From Nemertoderma westbladi (Eukaryota > Animalia > Xenacoelomorpha), in contig JAUCBJ010001010.1 in NCBI GenBank assembly GCA_032718475.1, positions 1 through 37,715 of the forward strand: a stretch of DNA of 37,715 nucleotides. Reading direction: 5' to 3'. Position 1 is the stretch's first letter. Each line of letters starts with the position of its first letter. Below, piece by piece: positions 7,508-16,867 of this stretch. The notes beneath the pieces were generated by a model. It ran no database searches and had not been told where the DNA came from. It worked only from the letters and a program-made list of their open reading frames with translations. A program made the position numbers and the translations under genes.

Positions 7508-9838
7508 ATGAATATTGAAGCCTTAGAAAAAGATGCCATTAATTTTGCCCAGGAAGCTGTAAATAACGACCAAAACAATCGCGTAGAAGATGCAATATTC
7601 TATTATCAGGAGGCCGCTGAGGCCCTTCGTAACGCCTCGGTGGCGGGTTCAAAGTTGGACTGTGTCACCAAAGCCCACGAGTATCTGGATAGGGTTGAGG
7701 TATTGAGAAAAGTAAACAATAAAGACAATCCTACTAATAATAAGGCATTACTTTCCGAGACAGAAAGTAATATTAAGCGCTGTCAGTTTATATTGTCGCA
7801 AGCATTGGACGAGGATGGTTGTGGTAATTATGATGAAGCGAAATCTATGTACATGGAAGCTGCGAGTCTCTGTATGTCTACTAAAAAGCAATGCGGAGAA
7901 ACTCACTCTGATAAACTCGCGAACATGGCGAAACAAGCGATATCTCGAGCGGAGAGTCTCAAAGCTATGGTAGATACGGAGGCGGAAATATCGCGAACTC
8001 TCTCTAGTCTACCGAGTCCATCAGCAGCGCCGTTGCAAACAGCGAGTCGAGGTCAGAAATATTCGGACGAGGAGATAAAGGTGCTGAGAGCGACGTCCTC
8101 GATAAACGGGAGGGAGTACGTCCCCTTCCTATCGGTAGATCTACGGGAGCGGTTCGCGCTGTCGTTGCCATTCTCCGATCCACACGGGAAGCTCCCGTTG
8201 TCCGGCAAACAGAATCGCCATTACAACAAATGGTCGCGTCTACAGGAGCTAAGCGGCGACCCCAAGATCATACAAGCTATCAGCCCCTACACGATCAAAC
8301 AGACACTCATATCGGACTGCAGTTTCGTCGCGAGCCTCGCGATTTCCGCTTCGTACGAACGGAAGTTCAACAAGAAAATTCTCACCACCATAATGTATCC
8401 GCAGGATCGCAAAGGAAACCCGACTTACAACCCCTGCGGGAAATACATGATAAAGTTGCACATTAACGGGATCTGGAGAAAAATAATAATCGATGATTTC
8501 TTGCCAACGGGACAGTCTGGGGAACTTCTCTGCTCGTATTCCTCGAATAAGAACGAGTTCTGGGTCTCTCTTCTGGAGAAGGCCTACCTCAAGGTGATGG
8601 GGGGCTACGACTTCCCGGGTTCCAACTCAAACATCGACCTGCACGCGTTGACTGGTTGGGTCCCAGACAGGGTCTCCTTGAGGGACTCCGACTTCGATAA
8701 ATCCCGAGTCTTTAAACTCATTTACAATCACTTTCACTCGGGTAATCTGTTGATGACGACGGCGACGGGACGAATGGATTCGGTTGAGGCGGAGCGCGCT
8801 GGCCTGGTGGAGACGCACGCCTACGCCTTGCTCGATATCCGAACACTGCGGGACGGGAGGCGGTTGTTTATGCTCAAGAATCCGTGGTCCCACGTCGAGT
8901 GGAAGGGGAACTATTCGGACTTGGATACGGCGCATTGGAGTCCGGCCTTGGAGAAAGAACTCGGCTACGATATAAAGGCGGCGAGGGCCACGGACAACGG
9001 GGTCTTCTGGATCGATTACGATTCGTTGATTCGATTCTTCGAGGTCATCTACCTCAGTTGGAACCCTTCGATGTTCCTACACACCAGGTGTTTCCACGGG
9101 GACTGGGTTCTTGGTCCCAAGAAGGATTCTTTCTCTGTGGGTAACAACCCGCAGTACCATCTAAAGGTGGAGCAATCCGGTTCCATTTGGGTTCTATTGA
9201 CTCGACATATCACTCGCAAGGACGACTTTGCGGAGAACCGAGAGTTTATTACCCTGGTCGTCTATAAAGGAGCCAATAAGGTTTATTACCCTGACGTACC
9301 TTTTATCGACGGGATCCGTATCAACTCCCCGCATTATTTACTCAAAATGAATTTGGATCCCGGCGATTACGTTTTAATCGTCTCGGAATACGAGAAAACT
9401 ACCAATATATTTTACACTCTAAGAGTTTATTCAAAGATCGCCTTCTCTTTAAATAAGATTCCCGATCTTTATAAATACAGTAAGTCTATAAGCTGCGAAT
9501 GGAAAGGCATCACGGCGGGAGGTTGTCCGAACAATCGCTCCACTTACGGCTCCAATCCAATCTACCAGGTGACTGTAGAAACCCCAGTCAAGTCGATTCT
9601 ATTCGAGCTTAAAGCTCCCAAACAGTATTTCGTTGGTGTCGAAGTTGTTTTGGTCAGCGACTCTTCTGTTAAACACACTTCCGGTTCTTATAGACAGGGG
9701 TACGTTGCCATGGAAGTCTCTAACTTGTCCAAGGGCACCTATAATGTAATTCCATCTACATTTCAGCCGAAACAAGAAGGTCCTTTCATTCTTATCATAA
9801 AAACCTTAAGTAAAATAAATATTTCGCGTTTACAGTAA
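7508..9838 (+). CDS. CAPN7: Calpain-7 (PalB homologue), uninterrupted coding sequence; the ORF track starts at 7451 but the likely start is 7508
   Basis: Two N-terminal MIT domains (ALEKDAINFAQEAVNND...AIFYYQEAAEAL; QALDEDGCGNYDEAKSMYMEA), a CysPc core with an intact triad (QTLISDCSF, ETHAY, LKNPW), and two calpain-III-type domains ending in TAGGCPNN...YNVIPSTFQPKQEGPF. AATAAA occurs at ~10083. Confidence 0.96.
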   Translation: MNIEALEKDAINFAQEAVNNDQNNRVEDAIFYYQEAAEALRNASVAGSKLDCVTKAHEYLDRVEVLRKVNNKDNPTNNKALLSETESNIKRCQFILSQALDEDGCGNYDEAKSMYMEAASLCMSTKKQCGETHSDKLANMAKQAISRAESLKAMVDTEAEISRTLSSLPSPSAAPLQTASRGQKYSDEEIKVLRATSSINGREYVPFLSVDLRERFALSLPFSDPHGKLPLSGKQNRHYNKWSRLQELSGDPKIIQAISPYTIKQTLISDCSFVASLAISASYERKFNKKILTTIMYPQDRKGNPTYNPCGKYMIKLHINGIWRKIIIDDFLPTGQSGELLCSYSSNKNEFWVSLLEKAYLKVMGGYDFPGSNSNIDLHALTGWVPDRVSLRDSDFDKSRVFKLIYNHFHSGNLLMTTATGRMDSVEAERAGLVETHAYALLDIRTLRDGRRLFMLKNPWSHVEWKGNYSDLDTAHWSPALEKELGYDIKAARATDNGVFWIDYDSLIRFFEVIYLSWNPSMFLHTRCFHGDWVLGPKKDSFSVGNNPQYHLKVEQSGSIWVLLTRHITRKDDFAENREFITLVVYKGANKVYYPDVPFIDGIRINSPHYLLKMNLDPGDYVLIVSEYEKTTNIFYTLRVYSKIAFSLNKIPDLYKYSKSISCEWKGITAGGCPNNRSTYGSNPIYQVTVETPVKSILFELKAPKQYFVGVEVVLVSDSSVKHTSGSYRQGYVAMEVSNLSKGTYNVIPSTFQPKQEGPFILIIKTLSKINISRLQ

Positions 9839-10590
9839 CATTTTGTAGTGAAAGAAAGTGGAATTGTTGTTTAAATGCCATTGCAGCCATTTACTAGTTT
9901 ATGTATAAGGTGCGTCTTTTACCAATAATGTATTACGTGTAATAAGTAATCATAGTATTTCCCTCCCGCTATATTATAGATGATACTGTGTGCTATATTA
10001 TTTATTTATATGTACTTGGACTTAATTATTTATTTATATGTCAAAAATATTTTTAATAATAATTAATATAAAGGTTGTAATTAATAAAATAGCATTTATT
10101 TGAAACTCACTAATATTTTTAAAATTGAGTTAATTAATCTAACTTTTTTTCACTAATTTCCAGAAAATTAGTTAAAAAAGTATTTCTTTAACTAATTTTT
10201 GTGGAAAAATAGTTTTGTCTTTTTTAAACTAATTTTTTGGAAAATTAGTTAAAAAAAGTATTTTTTTTAACTATATAATTAAAAAAAAACTTTTTATTGT
10301 AATTCATCATACAGCTCACACATTAAGAAAATGAAACTAAATTGTGTATACCGGGACCGGTACGGAATATCGACAGGTACAGACAGGCTGACAGGGTGTA
10401 GACTGCAATGTGTAAAAAGGAATACCAGTACTTTTAGGCCAGGACCATGCAGCAGAATGGCAGCGAGAAGTACTGGGCCTATTATGGTAGGCTATAGGCC
10501 TTATACAGTAATAGTAATCCTTCTTGACGATCTGGATGTGCTCCACAATTTTAATGAGAAGGCTGACGCTATGTTGTTTCGAAAGATTTG

Positions 10591-10834
10591 GGTCCTACGA
10601 AGTACGAATTACCTAAAATAGGCCTACCCCAGAATACACCAAAATACCTACCCCAAAAGAGTTCAAAAATCCCTTACAGTATTAACCGTAAGCTGGTAAG
10701 GGAACGGCATGACCTACTAAATAAATATACTGTATATCTTGAGTAGGTCATGGGAACGGATCAGGTAACTTTTGTTTAGGTATTTTTGAACTATTTTGGG
10801 TCTTTTGGGGTGTTTTGTGGTAATTCGTAGGACC
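10591..10834. mobile_element. Short MITE-like element with ~60-85 bp imperfect TIRs
   Basis: GGTCCTACGAA...TTACC...CCCCAAAAGAGTTCAAAAATCCCT pairs with AGGTATTTTTGAACTATTTTGGG...GGTAATTCGTAGGACC. No TSD is seen. Confidence 0.6.
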
Positions 10835-10906
10835 GCGGCAACTTCTGCCTAAAAAATTTAAGGACGCAGTGATAACGCGGGTGATACTTTTTTCAAATAA
10901 AACAAT

Positions 10907-11155
10907 ATATTCGATATAAAAAACGTTACGGAAAACTCTATTCTCCACTCATTTTCTTTAGCAAAATTCAGATATTCTGCCCTCGTGTGTTGAGTTTTCC
11001 ACTCGTTGCCATTTTAACACTCGCTTCGCTCGTGTTAAAAACCTGTCAACTCGTGTAAAACTCAACCACTCGGACAGAATAGTTGCATTTCGCTAAATTG
11101 AAAATGAGTGAAAAAAACGATGTTTTCTTTCCGCTTACTTTTTTTTTATCGAATA
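10907..11155. mobile_element. Palindromic non-autonomous element centred on CACTCGCTTCGCTCGTG (Crypton-like, tentative)
   Basis: Arms pair as ATTCGATA/TATCGAAT, CACTCATTTTC/GAAAATGAGTG, TTGAGTTTT/AAAACTCAA and TTTTAACAC/GTGTTAAAA. The family assignment rests on my memory of similar centres only. Confidence 0.6.
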
Positions 11156-11513
11156 GGCCTAACAGGCCTAGTCCTTTTTAATTACAATGGAAAACTGCAA
11201 ACTGACATATTCTGGATGAGAGTTTAAAGAAAAGAGTTGGACATGGGGAAAGTGACTTTATTGCACTCGTCCTAATCGCCGATTCGGGATTCGATGCAGA
11301 ATACACAAAAATATTTAACCGACCCAGAAGAATAGGCCTACCGTGTCGAAAATGTAAAAGTTAATATTAAAAATAAAGGCTTCGCAGCAAACTTCGCTCA
11401 CGAGAATGCTTCGCCCGCGAGCAATCTTCGCCCTCAAATTGCAAAAATAGCTTATTGTTGATAAATTTGCGATTTCTCAAAAATAATGAGGTCTGTGTTC
11501 TGTTTATGACTGA

Positions 11514-11665
11514 GTACGCCTAGGCATTTTGAAACTACGCGTAATAATTGGCGTAGTTGCTACTCGTACTGTAGCTGCTGGTTACGATAGGAGTTTAGCA
11601 TATCAGTCCTGCCTGATAGTGATAGTAAGGATTTTTCATTCCAGGTCCGGTACCGGTACGGGCTG
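11514..11665 (+). mobile_element. Degenerate fragment related to the 4517-5617 element, directly upstream of the zinc-finger ORF
   Basis: TAGGCATTTTGAAACTACGCGTA...CAGTCCTG...GATTTTTCATTCCAGGTCCGGTA matches 4663-4740 (TAGGTATTTTGAAACTACGCGTA...CAGTCCTGA...GATTTTTCATTGCAGGTCCGGTA). Confidence 0.8.
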
Positions 11666-11692
11666 ACTACTGAGAGGCCTATTACTGTATTA

Positions 11693-13045
11693 ATGTTTCC
11701 TACTGCTGAAGCGAATCCGACTGAAGTTAGAAGGACAATGGCTCTAAATAGTAAGTCAGCCACCGCCTTGGTTATTACCAAATCCATGTTCGCGAACATC
11801 TGTATGGAAAATGAATCGTTTGTGCAGACGTTTCTCGAAGAATACCTGGACGCGAACTCGAGATTTCTAGATTACTACGTTGTTAAGAAATGTACATCAG
11901 GTCATATTACTGAATGGTTGCAACAATCTCTGTCCTCTGCGTCTAACTGTGAATCCGCCACTTCGGATTTGCCCAACTACCCGACGCCAGCGCCTGTCCC
12001 GGTAACCGAACCGGGTACCGCGAGAGTCGCGAGACCAGTCAGCCGCCGGCACCGACTGAATCCCGTAACCGGAAAGAGTTATAAACCAAAATCTCGATAC
12101 CGGTACTCGAGTCATAGCACGCCAATTACCGGTACCAAACCCTCATACCTTCAGCCAGTGGTGACGTCAGACCTCAACCAAACAGAACTCCAACAACAAC
12201 AAATACCGATGGGGCCCAGACTGAATCCGATAGACATCAGACCAAACCACATTGAACCTGAATCAGGACAAAATACAGCCAGTTCAACTTTATTAACCAA
12301 TAAAAACGTATTCTATACCCCCGCAGTATCCACCACCGACTCAAACCAATACTCTACCCAAACTGTACCGGGACCGGTGCCAGGCTCGTCAGATGCTCCG
12401 AAAATTGTGTTCATCAAGACGGAAGACGAACCGGAATATGAACCCTATTTAGGTGCGGCTGACAGCAGTAATATTAACGAGTTGAACGGCGCTGTAGAGT
12501 GGGGTCTCCCTCCAGACACTAACCCATCAGCTCCCAACACCTCACATTATCTGGGCGACTTCAACTTAAACCTCCCTAACACCGACAACCACCTGTTGCT
12601 ATCCGAATATACGACTGTGTCTGATATCGGCGGCCAATCACATATTTCCACTGATGATTCAGACACGTTCACAACCGATGATGACGTAACAACCGGAAGT
12701 ATGAATCGTTCTTGGAACGGACCCTGTAACTCAGGCATGCAACACCAGGGCGTTGCTGAGAGGAGACATTCGAATGTGAAGCCGTTCTGCTTTGATACTT
12801 GTGGTAAAATGTTCGGATGGAAGAGTCACCTAAATAGTCACCAGCGGATTCACACAGGAGAACAACCGTATGTCTGCGACACTTGTGGAAAAGCGTTCGC
12901 AGGGAAGAGTAACCTACTTAGACATAAACGAACCCACACTGGCGAGCGTCCGTATGAATGCGGCATCTGCCACAGACGATTTACCCAATCTAGCTGCCTA
13001 AATGTAATGCGCCACAAATGTAACCGAAGTAGCGAGACACCCTAG
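11693..13045 (+). CDS. C2H2 zinc-finger protein, 450 aa ORF (start codon uncertain), three C-terminal fingers
   Basis: TGEQPY and TGERPY linkers and the canonical finger YVCDTCGKAFAGKSNLLRHKRTH. The central region is S/T/P-rich and includes IKTED. Confidence 0.8.
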   Translation: MFPTAEANPTEVRRTMALNSKSATALVITKSMFANICMENESFVQTFLEEYLDANSRFLDYYVVKKCTSGHITEWLQQSLSSASNCESATSDLPNYPTPAPVPVTEPGTARVARPVSRRHRLNPVTGKSYKPKSRYRYSSHSTPITGTKPSYLQPVVTSDLNQTELQQQQIPMGPRLNPIDIRPNHIEPESGQNTASSTLLTNKNVFYTPAVSTTDSNQYSTQTVPGPVPGSSDAPKIVFIKTEDEPEYEPYLGAADSSNINELNGAVEWGLPPDTNPSAPNTSHYLGDFNLNLPNTDNHLLLSEYTTVSDIGGQSHISTDDSDTFTTDDDVTTGSMNRSWNGPCNSGMQHQGVAERRHSNVKPFCFDTCGKMFGWKSHLNSHQRIHTGEQPYVCDTCGKAFAGKSNLLRHKRTHTGERPYECGICHRRFTQSSCLNVMRHKCNRSSETP

Positions 13046-13881
13046 CTATCTTTCTAGACATAAATAAGTCGCTCCAATGTTACGGAATAAACTAAGTTAA
13101 TCTAATTAGTTGGTTGTATATTAAACTGCCCCACTTTGTTATAAAGTTTGTATATCAAAAGGTGTAAGATAATATTACTTTAAAACAAATCAAACGTTGT
13201 ATTTAACAATACTAACAATGGGTAGTGTTGGGATCGACACATGATAAAACAATAACAAACATTGGATGTAATCAATAGGTTTGGTTGGTAGGGCACCAGT
13301 TACATGGCACATTTTTATTACTCAATTGCAATTCTTTAATAAAACATAGAGCGATGTAGTGTTATAAAATAAAGTGAACTGTAGTATTTTACTATATTGC
13401 TTCCATAGTTACTGCGATTCCAATTATTGTACTCTTCAACTCCTAATGCTGCCTTACTCAATGTTAAAATAATTTAGTGTTCTCGAATATTTATTACATA
13501 ACTAGAGAGCCGCTTAACTACCTAAACCAATATTGGATATTGAGTTCTGTTTTGGAGTTCCTCTTGCAGACACTAAAGTTGTAATAACTTTTGAGTGTGA
13601 GCATTGAATTTGATCAAAGTTTATCACTTGCAAACTTTGATGCTCTTTCAACACATGCAATAAAATTTATGAAATTCCACCGAAAATATTTTATTTTACT
13701 TTTTCGCCGGGATATAAAGTAAAATCAATGCAATCTTATGGGTTACTTTTTTCCCTAGGGAAAAAGCAGTCGTTTTTCTCTCGATTTTGGGATATATTCG
13801 AGAGAAAATGTAACAATTTAAGAATAAAATACTTTTATTAACTAATTTTTCAGATTAAACTGTTTGTGTTCGTAAACAGTG

Positions 13882-14950
13882 TTGTACTCGGCAGCTCCAA
13901 ACCAAAACCCACTAAGTACATTTGTTGACTTTTCGAGATAATCGCGTTTAAAGTTTTTGGACTTTAAACAGCTGGCATTTGGTTGAAATTTAATTTGATG
14001 AGTTATAATTTTATGTACCTTTATAAATTGTACATAAATATTAGTGCCAAGACATTTTTTTTAATTTATTCCTTACTTTTCATATAAATCGACTTACACG
14101 GTTTTGGTATGGTAGAAAAGAAAACAATTGTGATTTTTGATGCATCAATACCCAGTAACGTCATGATTCCCATTTCAAAACACAGTAACTAATTTGCCCA
14201 CACCAAAACCCAGTAAACTACATTTAACTTTTCCAATCAGTTACCTTTCCCATGCCAAAACCAAGTAACTAACAAGTCCCTTCGCCAAAACCCAGTAACT
14301 CGGACTTCCTTCGCCAGCGGTTAGCGAAAACAAAGAGGCAACATTCTAGAATATAATATTCTAGAACATTTAATTATTTGTCTACGTCTGTTGCGTTGCG
14401 GGAGTTACTGGGTTTTGTTTTGGTTTGGCATAGTATCTGCATTCGGGAAATCCCACGTCAAAACCAAGTATCTCAAACTGCTAGAAATCCAGTAATTCTG
14501 TTTACTGGGTTTTGACGTGGTAAATCTGACATTGACAATATACATACTGGGTTTTGACTTGGACAATTTGTCTTTCGGAAACGATACTCGATTTTGTTCA
14601 GAAAAAACCATGTGAAAACCCAGTAAAGAATTTTGCTCGAAAAGTAAGTGCAGTTATACTGGGTTTTGGCGTAGGATCTTGGGATTTTTGAGCACGTACT
14701 GGGTTTTGATGGAGTAACTTTTTCAAAATAACACCAGAAAGGATACACGAAACCCAGTAACTAGCATTACTGTGTTTCGACGTGGTATTTGCTCTAAATT
14801 AGCTAATTAATTAATTGTTAATACTGCGAAATCGGTTAGTGCTATGGTTTCGAAACTGAGTTAGATGAATTATACGCCCCCAAAAATAGAAAAAAATCTA
14901 TTTCGAAAAAATTGACATACTGGGTTTTGGTTTGGAGGTGCCGTACTGTA
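13882..14950. mobile_element. ~1.07-kb inverted-repeat element with dispersed AAAACCCAGTA motifs
   Basis: CGGCAGCTCCAAACCAAAACCCA (~13888) pairs with TGGGTTTTGGTTTGGAGGTGCCG (~14921). About 14 motif copies occur, mainly forward in the left half and reversed (TACTGGGTTTT) in the right half. Confidence 0.7.
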
Positions 14951-16867
14951 GTACATAGTAAGTATAGCGTACAATTATAACATTTTTGTGGTGTTTTTAG
15001 GTAATATGAATGGTCTGAACATAATATGAATGTCAGGAACAGAGGCATTCATTGATAAAATAGAATTCCGAAAACTCGAAATAAGTCTCCCCCCCCCCCC
15101 CCCCCCCTCAGTGAATGGATAGCTTTCGCTCCTGATATCTTTCGCACAACTTTAGGTAGCATCCCATAAGTACGAACTAATATAGTATACGTACAATTTC
15201 AATGCATACACCATGTATGGAATATAGTGTCGTAATTCTGTGACATTCTATTTAATAAATGCACAATATTCTGGAACATTTTCTTTAAGATTGCGACCAT
15301 GTCAGCTTTCTCAATACTGAATTAGCGGACATGTACCACAGTACACTATATCAAAAATGAGTAATCCTTAGGGCTCCGTAAATTTACGACACATATTGTA
15401 TGCCTTCAAATTTTGCCAATATCACCGGCAATACTTGTTTAAATTTATTAAAAACGATTTTCACATATGTATCAGCAGATGGAGGGGGATATATTATTAC
15501 CAAAAAGGCCTAAATAAAGCCAATAGAAGTGGCTAAAGTATTGCTAAAATTTCCAATAACTTGTTGTAACAAAAAAATTAAAAATCCAGCCAGACCAGCA
15601 GTAAGAAATAAGTGTTGTCGGGCCGAACTATCATACTACTATTTCGTAGTATTTGATTGAGATTAAAAAGTGCAGGTGGGGTGGGGGGGGGGGGGGGGGG
15701 GGGGCTTGTTTTAAAAAAAACCGATAACTTTTGTATTTACAGATGACTTATGTATCAGCAGCTGGTTAGCTATAGTAAATGTACTGTATATCATAACACC
15801 ATAACAGGTTAGTATCCATAATGTACTGAATGTGAACAGTTACAATGCAGTATAAATAACGGAAGACAGTTCCTATTAGTCCAGCAGATTACATGTGCGC
15901 GACTACATATAACTTTAAAACTATTAAACTAAACTCAACAGATTATAAATAAATATATAAAAAGTCTAAAAAGTTTGTAACATTGTGTTGATTCGGTGTG
16001 TGTTGATGTGACTAACTGTGCAGCGAGCACTAAGTTACCCTGGCAACCATTGCATCAGCTCATATACAATCATCCTCTATTATCGACGCTGCAAATAAAA
16101 CAAAAATAACAAAAAATTAAAATTATTGTAAAAGTCACCGAAATGTGACTGAGAAACTCAACAAATACGTAACATTTTAATATTAAAATAATAACCGTGG
16201 GATTTTAAAATAAAACACCGTATTTTACGCAGACTGTGTGGCTGTGGCGTGGGAATGAATATTCTCGCAGGAATTCAGTACGCTGCATATTTTTTTTTCA
16301 AATATATCGTTTTATCACTTACTAATTTCAAATTTTTATTCTAATCGGACAGAAGGAAAATTAAAAAAACATGGCAACACTTGTGAAATATTTATGTACA
16401 TGTATGCGCATATTAAATAAATACATATGAATGTTGTCACTTACATAATAATTAGAAATAGTACCCGTCACCAGCAACAGTTATAAGCAATTCAGAAAGT
16501 GGCCAAGTTACACCCACTGACCTCTTGGCGAGCTTTGGTGCGGCTGTCAGTATAAAATCATTACATACAAATAAAATAAACCCATTGGTAATATTCCAAA
16601 CTCTAGTTATTTAGTTGCACCGACCCTGGCTGCTGGTTAGTCACTGAGTTGTCGGAATAAAACAAAACTTCGAAAACAATTGAAATCCTCTGAATTAAAA
16701 CATTGCCATCATGCGGTTATTATTTATATAGGTAGGCGGCCCTAGGGTTTATAAACAACAACAACCGTATCATTATTTCTATAAAATGTACACCAAATGC
16801 AATAATTTAAGAAAATAAAAACATTGTCAGCTAAACGTTCTCGTCGGTTCATCGAGGTGACAAGAGG

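Noticed and set aside
2590-9144. Short ORFs overlapping UTP3, MRPS6, CAPN7 and the TIR elements
   Set aside because: They are antisense or off-frame shadows of real genes, or chance ORFs in repeats.
10120-10290. AT-rich AACTAATTT/AAATTAGTT dyads downstream of CAPN7
   Set aside because: Low complexity with no definable boundaries.
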